From positions 72,587 through 136,586 of the forward strand of contig CAKSDZ010000003.1 of assembly GCA_934446365.1 (NCBI GenBank): a DNA stretch of 64,000 nucleotides, given 5' to 3'. Shown one piece after another: positions 47,004-56,493 of the stretch. Each line of letters starts with the position of its first letter. Positions within the stretch are counted from its first letter, which is position 1. Source of the stretch: an uncultured Eubacteriales bacterium (GTDB lineage Bacteria > Bacillota > Clostridia > Oscillospirales > CAG-272). Under the pieces are notes generated by a model. It searched no databases, had not been told where the DNA came from, and saw nothing but the letters and a program-made list of their open reading frames with translations. The position numbers were made by a program, and so were the translations under genes.

Positions 47004-47363
47004 CCGTGCAAGATGTTCAAGCACATGGCGTTCCCGATCAACGAGTTCTATCCGCCGTCTCTTTGCGACGTGAAGGGCTCCGAGACCGACGGGATGACCG
47101 GCGGCTGCGGCAAACGCTGAGCAGTCAAGATAAATCTGAAAAAATGCCCCTTCGATGAGAGGGGCATTTTTTGATGCTTGTCCATGAGATGGAATCGATA
47201 GCAGATGTTTGTTAAATTTATGAAATTGTTATTGACACAAATGATTATTTATGTTATTATTAACTTAGAAAGAGGTGATACCGATGCAGATAGGCTGAAA
47301 ATCCAAAATTCGACAAAATTTAACAAAATTCTGTTATAGGAAATGGAGGAAATTATGAGAAAG
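47004..47363 (+). repeat. direct repeat copy 2 (includes a start-less 3-prime fragment of the Cys-rich gene)
   Basis: Matches 44845-45210 with a 6-bp deletion (CTGCGG) and about 20 substitutions. Terminator copy at 47139-47172. Confidence 0.9.
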
Positions 47364-47384
47364 CGTGTTTAAAAATTATCTTTT

Positions 47385-48572
47385 TTGATTGCGGTAGTTT
47401 TTATCTTACAACTGCTTTTTATTTTATCTGTGTCGGCGGACAATGCGATTACTTTTGCTGATACTGCATCCAGTGTAACGCTTGTGGATGGAGAATATTA
47501 TATTCAAAATCGCTTTCGTCCTCGTTATGTTCAAGTGGATGACAACGATAAACCTGGATATTCTACGTCTGGCAGTATTTTGGAGCAGTGGAATTTCTGT
47601 GGAGATGCTCACCAACGTTGGATGATTACATCTGTGGGAGACGGTTATTACAAGATCGTAAATGTAAAAAGCGACAAGGCGATTTCTGTCCCTGCCAACA
47701 AAATAGGGAGTGAGGATGTTGCTTTGGTGCAGGAACCGTATGCAGGATTAGACCGTCAAAAATGGAAGATTACATGGACGAAATATGGTTCTTTCAAAAT
47801 CAAAGCAAAATCTGCGGAAGCCATTACCAATAAAGATCTTGCTATGGTTATCGGCGACAGTTTATTGGGTGACAGCGATGGCTTGAATGTGGAACAGAGA
47901 AAATATGTCGATAATAACAGCTTTCGAGATGAATGGAATCTGCATTTTGTAATGTCAGATACCGGAACTGCGGTGGAAGGGCAAAAGAAAGATAATTGGT
48001 GCTGGGTGGCTACTTCAAGGATGTTTGCTAAACATTATTTTCCTAATGTTACTTACACTCAAAATCAAGCTGTCGTAGATATATATGGCAGTGAAGTGGA
48101 TGTAAAAGCCGGTTTGCAAGAATCGGCGAGTGCAATGAATTTCTATATATCGAATCTAACCAGTAATGTATTTAATATTAGAGGAACTGGTTGGGAATAT
48201 GGAGTCTATTCTGAGCAAACTGTTCGTACTTTTTTAGATAATAATCATGTTTTATTTATTGGACTTGGGCTATATAATAGTGATAATGTAAATACTCGTC
48301 AAAATGGTCATGTTATTTTAATTTATGGTTATACAAAACAGACCATTATAGATGATAATGGGGCTGTAAATACAAAATATTGGTTTCTTGTAAGAGATCC
48401 ATGGCCTAAAAATCAAGGAAAAAGTTATATGATATCTTATGAGAAATTATATAATGGCCGAAATCCACAGATATTTGAGGAAGCAGATAAATATGTGTGG
48501 GAATGTCAAATTGTTATCAATACCAGTTATTCATCAAATTTAGTTCCAGGCCATTTTACATACAACGAATAA
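47385..48572 (+). CDS. ricin-B-lectin domain protein with C39-like/papain-fold cysteine peptidase domain (N-terminus interrupted)
   Basis: QxW motifs (EQWNF, QRWMI, QKWKI, DEWNL). Peptidase motifs are QKKDNWCWVATS (Cys) and NGHVILIYGY (His). The canonical ATG at 47355 is followed by an in-frame TAA at 47370, so the ORF only reopens at TTG 47385. Confidence 0.6.
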   Translation: MIAVVFILQLLFILSVSADNAITFADTASSVTLVDGEYYIQNRFRPRYVQVDDNDKPGYSTSGSILEQWNFCGDAHQRWMITSVGDGYYKIVNVKSDKAISVPANKIGSEDVALVQEPYAGLDRQKWKITWTKYGSFKIKAKSAEAITNKDLAMVIGDSLLGDSDGLNVEQRKYVDNNSFRDEWNLHFVMSDTGTAVEGQKKDNWCWVATSRMFAKHYFPNVTYTQNQAVVDIYGSEVDVKAGLQESASAMNFYISNLTSNVFNIRGTGWEYGVYSEQTVRTFLDNNHVLFIGLGLYNSDNVNTRQNGHVILIYGYTKQTIIDDNGAVNTKYWFLVRDPWPKNQGKSYMISYEKLYNGRNPQIFEEADKYVWECQIVINTSYSSNLVPGHFTYNE

Positions 48573-48585
48573 TAGGAGGATATAG

Positions 48586-49371
48586 ATGAAAAAAACAATA
48601 TGTTTGTCAATATCAATGCTTTTATTTATTTTCCTTGTATTTAGTGCTTCTGCTGATGATATAAAAACAGATTCCTTGACTTTTTCAGATTCCGTTTATG
48701 AGAAAATCGACAATGCCAATCGTAGTAATACAATTCAAATATATAACGGGACATTTATGCATTTATTTGCGGAAAGAAAAAGTATAGAGCAAATCATAAC
48801 GGATGAAAGCTTACTTGATCCATATTATGCGGTAAAAGGGATTTTTTCATCACCTGAATACTATTATGTGAAAGATGGAACTTCACAAAAAATTAGTATA
48901 AATCCACCTGAGATAGATTCAACTTTACGCTATGTTACTTCTCCCAATTATGTATTGAATCATATTTCTCCGTTTCTTACAGTGCAAAATGTTTATTATT
49001 TGAATGGAGATGCTTCTCATGATGGAATTTATATCTATTATAAAACAAGCGAGGGCGACTATATCTATTATAAAGATTATGCCGAGGCAGAAGAAAGTTA
49101 TTTGTTTCCGTTAGAGGATTTTTATTGTATGGCGGAAACAATGGAAGAAAAAGTGCAACAGGAAAAACAAGAAAGAGAACATCTTGACAGTATTCATAAG
49201 TATTTATTTGGCGGTCCTACCTTGCTTTCCGATATCGTCGATATTTCCTCCTATCGGATAACGCCGCGGAATTCGGTTGCTTTATATGTGGGAATTGCTG
49301 TTATCGTGTTAGCGGTCGGTGCCGTGGCAGTTGTTTTAATTCGCAGAAAACGCAGAAAAATTACTTTATAA
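48586..49371 (+). CDS. secreted hypothetical protein with C-terminal TM anchor
   Basis: Signal peptide; C-terminal hydrophobic span VALYVGIAVIVLAVGAVAVVLI followed by RRKRRK. Confidence 0.6.
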   Translation: MKKTICLSISMLLFIFLVFSASADDIKTDSLTFSDSVYEKIDNANRSNTIQIYNGTFMHLFAERKSIEQIITDESLLDPYYAVKGIFSSPEYYYVKDGTSQKISINPPEIDSTLRYVTSPNYVLNHISPFLTVQNVYYLNGDASHDGIYIYYKTSEGDYIYYKDYAEAEESYLFPLEDFYCMAETMEEKVQQEKQEREHLDSIHKYLFGGPTLLSDIVDISSYRITPRNSVALYVGIAVIVLAVGAVAVVLIRRKRRKITL

Positions 49372-49531
49372 GAATTTGAGGCAAAAAGAGAGTGACCGAT
49401 ATTCGGTCACTCTCTTTTTGCAGAAAGGCTTGTAATATAACAAAATATGTGATAAAATAATGTTGAAAGATATGCAAGTAAGTCAAAATTGGGAAGCTTC
49501 CCCGCCAACTAACGAAAGGAGATAGAATGAT

Positions 49532-50365
49532 ATGAAAAAGCTGAAAATAGTTTTATCGGTACTGTTCATATGTGCGGTGATCTTGTCAATATTCGGATGC
49601 GGTAAAACGGAAAAAATCGGCGAATTGACGATTGTAATCAAAGATGGTAAGAAATATATAGATTGTAGCGAGTTTTCGGAAGGAGAAAATAAAGACATTC
49701 ATTTGAGCTATGCTTTAATTCCTGTTTCATTTTCATCAGAAAAAGAATTTCTTACATCAATACGAAATTATAGCTTTACTGATGCACAGAAAAAGCAGAT
49801 GGGGCGTCTTGCCATCGGTGATCAACTGATAGCCATGCCTGCATTAAAAAGTTCTACGAATCTAGTCTGCTCCTCCAATATGATGCTGAATCAAGTAGAT
49901 TGGTACGGTGGCGATCATTGCAGATATCGGTACACTATTCAATATCATCATAATGAAATCGGTTTGGTTTATATTCCAATTATGGATAAAGAAGATTCGG
50001 TTGAGTTTATTGCTGAAAGGAATGAAGTGTTGACAATTCCTTATGAAAGGATTGAATATACTTTCAATAATATTTCCTATACTCAAACGACTATCACAAG
50101 TATCTATGATATTCCTGATAAATATTATCAGGAAATATATTGGGATTATACAATTGGGTCAAGTGTCTATTATGTCCACCAATATAAGCGTGCGACATCT
50201 GAAAGTCTTTTGGAAAGCTCCCCGTATACAGGTGCGAGAATCGTGATAAAAGACAGCTATGGATATCATGAAATTCTCATCAACGATTCTACCGCGCTTT
50301 CGATCACGCCGGCGTTCTTGGAACAGCTGCAAGTGGCGGCGGTTACGATAGAGACCAAATCGTGA
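49532..50365 (+). CDS. hypothetical lipoprotein (277 aa)
   Basis: Lipobox IFGC; AAGGAG-type RBS. Confidence 0.6.
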   Translation: MKKLKIVLSVLFICAVILSIFGCGKTEKIGELTIVIKDGKKYIDCSEFSEGENKDIHLSYALIPVSFSSEKEFLTSIRNYSFTDAQKKQMGRLAIGDQLIAMPALKSSTNLVCSSNMMLNQVDWYGGDHCRYRYTIQYHHNEIGLVYIPIMDKEDSVEFIAERNEVLTIPYERIEYTFNNISYTQTTITSIYDIPDKYYQEIYWDYTIGSSVYYVHQYKRATSESLLESSPYTGARIVIKDSYGYHEILINDSTALSITPAFLEQLQVAAVTIETKS

Positions 50366-50396
50366 TTTTCGGTCGGATCACGAAAAAAATAACAAG

Positions 50397-50434
50397 GCAA
50401 AGCCCTCCTGTTTTCGGGAGGGCTTTGCTTTTTT
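50397..50434 (+). terminator. rho-independent terminator at island end
   Basis: GCAAAGCCCTCC-TGTTTTCG-GGAGGGCTTTGC followed by T6. Confidence 0.8.
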
Positions 50435-50583
50435 CGCCTTGATATCGCATTAAAGCCGATAAAATTGCAAATATACAGAGATTTTTCCAAATTATAACAC
50501 TTTGCGGTGTTATTGTATAAAAAATAGAAGAATTTCTATTATAATAAATGGTAAATACTGTAATTTAAATGGGAGGAAAAATT

Positions 50584-50823
50584 GTGTATTTGTACCATCG
50601 GATTCGGGATTTGAGAGAGGATCACGATAAAACGCAGCGGGATGTGGCAAAATACCTGAATATGCAGCTTACGGTATATCAGCGATATGAACGGGGCGAA
50701 AGGGAGCTGCCGCTTTGGGCGGCAATCAAGCTGGCGGATTATTATCGGGTCTCACTGGATTATCTTGTGGGATTCACGGACTATCAGGAACGATATCCGG
50801 AGTTTTCCGGCACATATCTTTAA
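50584..50823 (+). CDS. XRE family helix-turn-helix transcriptional regulator
   Basis: IRDLREDHDKTQRDVAKYLNMQLTVYQRYERGERELP is a Cro/C1-type HTH. GTG 50584 lies 6 nt after GGGAGGA; ATG 50569 is the alternative. Confidence 0.75.
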   Translation: MYLYHRIRDLREDHDKTQRDVAKYLNMQLTVYQRYERGERELPLWAAIKLADYYRVSLDYLVGFTDYQERYPEFSGTYL

Positions 50824-50964
50824 TCATCGGACTTGGCGGCTGCATGGGAATGGGAAAGAAGAACGGCTTGACGGGCGTTCTTCTTTCATTTTTTTCTTTA
50901 TGGATTGCATGAACCGCGATTCTGTGGTATACTAATCCAAAACCTTATTGAAAGGAGCGCCGCC

Positions 50965-53145
50965 ATGCCGCTTTCCGCGAAATTTGTAAAGACCCAGCTG
51001 GAGCTTTTTAAGCCGCTTCTCACCGGCTCCTCGCTCGAGACGGCAAGACGCGGGCAGGATAAGCTCGGGGAGCTGATGGCGGCGACGCGCCGGAAGGATG
51101 TCACATCGGAGGAGCATGCCTTCGATATGTTCGAGGGTGCGTGGCTCATTCCAAAGGATGAGACGCGCGACGGCGTCATTCTGTATCTGCATGGCGGCGG
51201 CTATTGCTGCGGCGACCTTGCCTATGCGAAGGGCTTCGGCTCGATTTTGGCTGCGGAATGTGGGATTCGGGTATTTGCCGCCGCATATAGGCTGGCGCCG
51301 GAAGCGATGTTCCCCGCGGCGCTGGACGACGCCGTCACGGCTTACCGGTACCTGCTTTCCAGCGGATATTCCAACCGTAAGATTGTGCTTTGCGGGGAGA
51401 GCGCCGGCGGCGGACTGATTTTTGCGCTCTGCTTGAAGCTGCGTCAGCTCGGTTTGCCGGTTCCGTGCGGCGCCGTTGCCATATCGCCGTGGAGCGATCT
51501 TACGGCTTCCGGCGCTTCCTATGCGGTCAATGAAAAGGCCGATCCCTCTCTGACAAAGGAGCGGCTCGATTTCTATGCTTCGCTTTATACGACAGACCGC
51601 ACAAATCCGCTTGTCTCGCCGCTGTTCGGCGAGCTTTCCGGCATGCCGCGCTCGCTTATCTTCGCGGGCGGGGATGAAATCATGCTGGACGACGCGGGGC
51701 TGCTTCATGAAAAGCTGACCGCATCCGGTTCTCAGTCCGAGCTTGTCGTCGCACCGGATATGTGGCACGCCTATGTGCTGTATGATTTGAAAGAGCGCGC
51801 ATGCGATTATGACAAAATCAATGAATTTTTGAGCGCGGTTCTGCCGCGCGCCCATAAGCTGCGCTGGATGAAGCTCGACAATGCGGCGAAAATTTATCCG
51901 GCGGCGAGACGCCGGAATTGGAGCAATGTGTTCCGGCTTTCCGCGACGCTTACCGAACCCGTCAACGTGGATATTCTCAAATCCGCTTTGGATGTGACGG
52001 TGCGGCGGTTTCCTTCGATTGCGGTGCGGCTGTGCGCGGGTGTATTTTGGTACTATCTTGAAGAGCTGTCGGAGGCGCCGGCCATTCTCCCCGAAAAAAG
52101 CTATCCGCTCGCCCGTATGGGCGGCCGGGACATCCGCAAATGCGCATTCCGCGTTTTGGTTTATGAAAATCGGATTGCAACGGAATTTTTCCATGCGATT
52201 ACGGACGGAAACGGCGGGCTTGTTTTTCTCAAAACGCTTCTCGCGGAATATGTTTCCCAGCGGTACGGCGTGAATGTGCCGGCTGTGTGCGGTGTGCTCG
52301 ACCGGCTGGAGGAGCCGTCGGAGGCGGAGCTCGAGGACAGCTTTCTCAAATACAGCGGAGACGTCCCCATGAGCCGCAGGGAATCGACCGCCTATCATCT
52401 GCATGGGACAAGGGAGGTGGGCGGCTTTCTGAATGCGACGACCTTGATTGCCGATGTGGATAAGGTTCATGCGCTGGCATCCCGTTTCGGCGTCAGCATC
52501 ACCGCGTTTCTATGCGCGGTTATGATGCAGGCGATTATCGAGATTCAGGCGGAAAAGGTGCCGCGCGTCAAGCGCCGCCGTCCCGTCAAGGTGCTGATTC
52601 CGGTCAACCTGCGGAAGATTTTCGACAGCAGGACGCTTCGGAATTTTGTGCTGTATATCACGCCGGAGGTCAGTCCCGGCATGGGAGAATATACCTTTGA
52701 GGAAATCTGCAAAAGCGTGCATCATCAGATGGGAATGGAGCTCACCGCCAAGCGTATGGGCGCCCGGATCACCACCAATGTAAACAGTGAAAAATCGCTG
52801 TTTGTCAAGATTATGCCGCTGTTTATCAAGAATTTTGCGATGAAGATGGTTTTCAATGCGGTCGGAGAGCGCAAGTCCTGTCTCTCACTCTCCAACCTCG
52901 GCAGGGTAGAGCTGCCGGAGGAAATGAAGCCGTATGTGACACGCTTTGACTTTGTGCTTGGCGTGCAGGCTTCGGCTCCGTATAACTGCGGCGTCATTTC
53001 CTACGGGGATAAACTGTATATCAATTTTATCCGGAATACCGAGGAGCCGGAGCTGGAAGCGCATTTTCACGGCGTTATGCGCCGGCTCGGTCTTGTGATG
53101 AAGGTCGAAAGCAATGCGAAAAGGGAAGTGAGGGAATCCCGATAA
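50965..53145 (+). CDS. fusion protein: alpha/beta hydrolase fold-3 esterase domain plus HxxxD acyltransferase (condensation/WS-DGAT/AATase-like) domain
   Basis: N-terminal half has the HGGGY oxyanion motif and the GESAGG nucleophile elbow. C-terminal half has FHAITDGNGG (HxxxDG). ATG 50965 follows AAAGGAG. Confidence 0.7.
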   Translation: MPLSAKFVKTQLELFKPLLTGSSLETARRGQDKLGELMAATRRKDVTSEEHAFDMFEGAWLIPKDETRDGVILYLHGGGYCCGDLAYAKGFGSILAAECGIRVFAAAYRLAPEAMFPAALDDAVTAYRYLLSSGYSNRKIVLCGESAGGGLIFALCLKLRQLGLPVPCGAVAISPWSDLTASGASYAVNEKADPSLTKERLDFYASLYTTDRTNPLVSPLFGELSGMPRSLIFAGGDEIMLDDAGLLHEKLTASGSQSELVVAPDMWHAYVLYDLKERACDYDKINEFLSAVLPRAHKLRWMKLDNAAKIYPAARRRNWSNVFRLSATLTEPVNVDILKSALDVTVRRFPSIAVRLCAGVFWYYLEELSEAPAILPEKSYPLARMGGRDIRKCAFRVLVYENRIATEFFHAITDGNGGLVFLKTLLAEYVSQRYGVNVPAVCGVLDRLEEPSEAELEDSFLKYSGDVPMSRRESTAYHLHGTREVGGFLNATTLIADVDKVHALASRFGVSITAFLCAVMMQAIIEIQAEKVPRVKRRRPVKVLIPVNLRKIFDSRTLRNFVLYITPEVSPGMGEYTFEEICKSVHHQMGMELTAKRMGARITTNVNSEKSLFVKIMPLFIKNFAMKMVFNAVGERKSCLSLSNLGRVELPEEMKPYVTRFDFVLGVQASAPYNCGVISYGDKLYINFIRNTEEPELEAHFHGVMRRLGLVMKVESNAKREVRESR

Positions 53146-53178
53146 CGCCCCTTTTATTTCACTTGTCGGAGGAATGCT

Positions 53179-53874
53179 ATGTACTGTATCAAATGCGGCG
53201 TCGAGCTTGCGGACGGCCAGTCGAAATGTCCGCTTTGCGGGACGGTCGTCTACCACCCGGATGTTCCGGTGACGGAGGCGAAGCCGTCGTATCCGTCCTA
53301 TGTCAGACCGCCGATGCGCGTCAATCACCGCGGCGTCATGTTTCTTGTCACCATGGTTTACGTCATGCTGATTATTCAGCTGATTATCTGCGATTTCAGC
53401 ATTTCCGGCGGATTCGTTTGGTCGCTTTACGCGGACGGCGGACTTCTGCTTTCCTATATCCTCTTCCTGCTGCCTTTGTGGTTTCGCCGTCCCAATCCCG
53501 TGATTTTTGTTCCGTGTGATTTTGCCGCCATCGCCCTTTATCTTCTGTTTATCGACCTTGTGACGGGCGGAGATTGGTTTCTGAGCTTCGCCTTTCCCGT
53601 TGTCGGAATCGCCGGAATAATCGTCACGACCGTGGTCGCTCTTGTGAGGTATGTGCGGCGCGGATATTTCTTCATTTTCGGCGGCGCTGTCATCGCGTGC
53701 GGCGGCTATCTGATGCTGCTGGAATTTTTCCTCAATATCACCTTCAAGCTGCGGGGGACCTTCATTTGGTCGATTTATCCGCTGATCGGCTGCTTTTTGA
53801 TGGGAATGGCGCTCATCGTCATCGGGATAAGCAAGCCCCTCAGGGAATCGCTTTCCAAGAAATTCTTTTTGTAG
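53179..53874 (+). CDS. zinc-ribbon domain membrane protein
   Basis: MYCIKCG..CPLCG N-terminal zinc ribbon, then about five TM spans. Confidence 0.65.
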   Translation: MYCIKCGVELADGQSKCPLCGTVVYHPDVPVTEAKPSYPSYVRPPMRVNHRGVMFLVTMVYVMLIIQLIICDFSISGGFVWSLYADGGLLLSYILFLLPLWFRRPNPVIFVPCDFAAIALYLLFIDLVTGGDWFLSFAFPVVGIAGIIVTTVVALVRYVRRGYFFIFGGAVIACGGYLMLLEFFLNITFKLRGTFIWSIYPLIGCFLMGMALIVIGISKPLRESLSKKFFL

Positions 53875-54031
53875 AGAAGCTATGGAGCGGATTGCGCTGA
53901 TTTGATTGCTCCTAAGAATGCACAGAGACACAACTATTCCGGAATTTACTGCGCCGCGACAGTATTTTTCACCGATATATTTTATTCACCATAAGAACGG
54001 GACAAACCGGAATTGAAAGGGACTAAGACAG

Positions 54032-54604
54032 ATGATGAAGAACCTTGTTAAAATCGGGATAGGGCTGCTGATGGTCACGGCTGTTTTCATCGGCTACATG
54101 CCCCAGCCGGAATATTTGGTTGAACTGACCTGCATCTCGAATACGCTTGGCGGGGTGCTTTTGCTTGCGGACGGAATCCTCGGCATCACGAAAAAGAAAG
54201 CTTTTCCGCGCTCTTTTTATCTGAATGCTGCGGTGAGCATATTCACGGTATTTCTTGTCTGTATGGGAAGCCTTGCCGGCGCATATAAATTTAATTTCAG
54301 CGGTGCGTTTTTCTTTATGCATGTCATAAATCCGATTGCTTTTGTGACCTGCTATATGCTTTTTGTCAATGAACGGGACCGCAAAATTCGGGTTGTTTTG
54401 ACGGCTCCGATTCTGACGATGGCATATCTTCTGTTTGATTACATACGCTATCGACTCACAGGCGAATTTGTTTACGGCTTTATAGAATCCGGAGAACTTA
54501 CGCTTGCGTGGGCAATCGTCGCAGGAATTGCTGCCTACGCTCTTATGTATCTGCTTGGCCTGCTGCTTTTTGCTCTGAACAGACTTGTGCATAAAAGGAA
54601 GTGA
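54032..54604 (+). CDS. hypothetical polytopic membrane protein
   Basis: 190 aa with about six hydrophobic spans. A bidirectional terminator hairpin lies at 54679-54716. Confidence 0.6.
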   Translation: MMKNLVKIGIGLLMVTAVFIGYMPQPEYLVELTCISNTLGGVLLLADGILGITKKKAFPRSFYLNAAVSIFTVFLVCMGSLAGAYKFNFSGAFFFMHVINPIAFVTCYMLFVNERDRKIRVVLTAPILTMAYLLFDYIRYRLTGEFVYGFIESGELTLAWAIVAGIAAYALMYLLGLLLFALNRLVHKRK

Positions 54605-54739
54605 CAGCTTTCGTTTTGACGAACTGTCGGAATACCTTTAAAACGAAATAGCGCATTTCTATATTGAGAATAGACATAAAAATTCTCCGTATGACCGTAG
54701 TCATACGGAGAATTTGCTGTTTTTAGGGCACCGCCCTTA

Positions 54740-55615
54740 TTATTCCTTGGATTGCGCGGGCGTTTGCGCCGGAACCGATTCCTCTGCCGCCGATTTCTTT
54801 TTCAAGGCTGAGATCATGGTATACAGAACGGCGAATATATAGAATACCGCACCGCATTCGACCGCCTCGAACAGAGATTCGAGCGTCAGCGGAATTTCCC
54901 AAAAAGCGGTGAGGGCAAGCAGCGGTACCATATAGGTCATGACACAGACCATCGCGATGAGAGAGAACGCGAAGCGCATGGGATTCTGAGGCTTCGACAC
55001 CGTGTTGCGCGTTTCAAAGAGAAGGAACAACAGGAGCGCCGCAAGGGACACGTTGCAGAGGATTCTGTTGGGATCGTTGTAAATGTAATCGGCGTTGATG
55101 TATGAGCAGGACAAATAGGAAAGCGCCCACAGAGCGGGGAAAAACGAGAGTCCTTTTTTGATTTTGGATTCGCAGTAGCCGGTAGACGCGCTGAAAATGA
55201 AATACGCCGCCGCTCCGAACAGAGAGAAGAACGAAATGATCTGCGCCGTTTTAAAAAACCATCCGCCGCCCGAACGGCCGAACACCGAGCCGCCGTAGTA
55301 GACGACAATCAAGATTCCGACGGCGACGAAAACGAAGCCGCACAGGGAGCTTGAAAAAACGGATACCTGATTGGAGGAGGCGGAAAAACGCTCGAAGCTT
55401 TCTTTCCGAATAAAGAAATAAGAGGTAAACATCAGCAGCACGACGCCGAGCGTCACGTATCCGAGCGCTTTCAGCATGGTGTCGGCGTCCCGGGAAAACT
55501 CCCCGTTATACGGATCGTAATACCGGTATATCAGGACCATCCGCCATACGGCGAGTGCGATTCCCGCCGCAATGGCTGCGGCCGTATAAGCGATCATAAT
55601 TTTTCTTTTATTCAA
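54740..55615 (-). CDS. hypothetical polytopic membrane protein
   Basis: 291 aa with about eight hydrophobic spans. Confidence 0.6.
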   Translation of the reverse strand: MNKRKIMIAYTAAAIAAGIALAVWRMVLIYRYYDPYNGEFSRDADTMLKALGYVTLGVVLLMFTSYFFIRKESFERFSASSNQVSVFSSSLCGFVFVAVGILIVVYYGGSVFGRSGGGWFFKTAQIISFFSLFGAAAYFIFSASTGYCESKIKKGLSFFPALWALSYLSCSYINADYIYNDPNRILCNVSLAALLLFLLFETRNTVSKPQNPMRFAFSLIAMVCVMTYMVPLLALTAFWEIPLTLESLFEAVECGAVFYIFAVLYTMISALKKKSAAEESVPAQTPAQSKE

Positions 55616-55744
55616 ACGGCATACATCCCCTTATAAATGAAAATTATCCTATCACACAAAATTATATCTTGAAAATGTTAATAAACTGTATAAGAAAATT
55701 AAACATTCAGAAATTTTTTGTGTTTTTACGATTGAATTGGGGAT

Positions 55745-56353
55745 TCAGCGGCCGCCGTCTCCGCTTTTTTCATCTTTGTCATCGATTTCCACATATTCGG
55801 CCTCAATGGGCGAAGCTTTTCGCACCAAGCTTTTCACAAAGAAAACCGTCCAAAGATTTTCGATGCCGTCGATGATGAGCGATATGCCGACAAAGATGAG
55901 CGCGATGCGGTTCGCCTCAAACGGATTGAACACGAGCAGAAATCCGAATACGAGGCCGACCGCGGCGACAAGGAGCACGCTCCACCAGTGCTTCGAGCGG
56001 TCCGCACGCAGCTCGAAGGCGGTTTGCAGCTTGAACGCACTGTCGATGATGACGACGATTCCGATAATGACGGGAAAAAGATTGGTGATAAACGATGGAC
56101 GCGCAATGAGAATCGCGCCGGCGGCAATGCTGAAAATACCGGATATCAAATCCAGATTTGCGGAAAAACGCCGGCTTTTCTGCAAAAGGGAGCTTATGAC
56201 CTTGTAAATGCCCGCCGCAAGCGCGATGATGCCGATGACAAGGCAGATGGTTTCCAGCGATTTGTCCGGAAACGCGACAAGGCAGATTCCGAGCACGATA
56301 TACAGAATCGATATGACGAGATATCCGGCCTTGGCTTTTTTGAGTAGATTCAT
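55745..56353 (-). CDS. HdeD/DUF308 family membrane protein
   Basis: Repeated GxxxxxxG-type TM pairs (ILYIVLGICLV.., VIGIIALAAGIY..). ATG 56353 follows GGAGGAAAAC. Confidence 0.65.
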   Translation of the reverse strand: MNLLKKAKAGYLVISILYIVLGICLVAFPDKSLETICLVIGIIALAAGIYKVISSLLQKSRRFSANLDLISGIFSIAAGAILIARPSFITNLFPVIIGIVVIIDSAFKLQTAFELRADRSKHWWSVLLVAAVGLVFGFLLVFNPFEANRIALIFVGISLIIDGIENLWTVFFVKSLVRKASPIEAEYVEIDDKDEKSGDGGR

Positions 56354-56493
56354 GGGTTTTCCTCCGATTTGTGTCAATCAATTGGTGAGCGGGCGCCGCT
56401 TTGTGAAAGCGGCGGCAAAAATAGTATACAGGATATGGGAGTCACTGTCAAGCGCCGTAAGACAGCTTTTCCATAACCGTCCGAAATCCGATT

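Larger units (their letters stand above)
45021..50434. other. low-GC accessory island of secreted lectin/peptidase proteins and lipoproteins
   Basis: Abrupt drop in GC content relative to the flanks. Five secreted or lipoprotein genes and no mobility gene. Ends at the strong terminator 50397-50434. Confidence 0.55.

Noticed and set aside
47004-47120. A possible small gene encoding the C-terminal 39 aa of the Cys-rich protein.
   Set aside because: It has no start codon or RBS. It is simply the duplicated 3-prime fragment within direct repeat copy 2.
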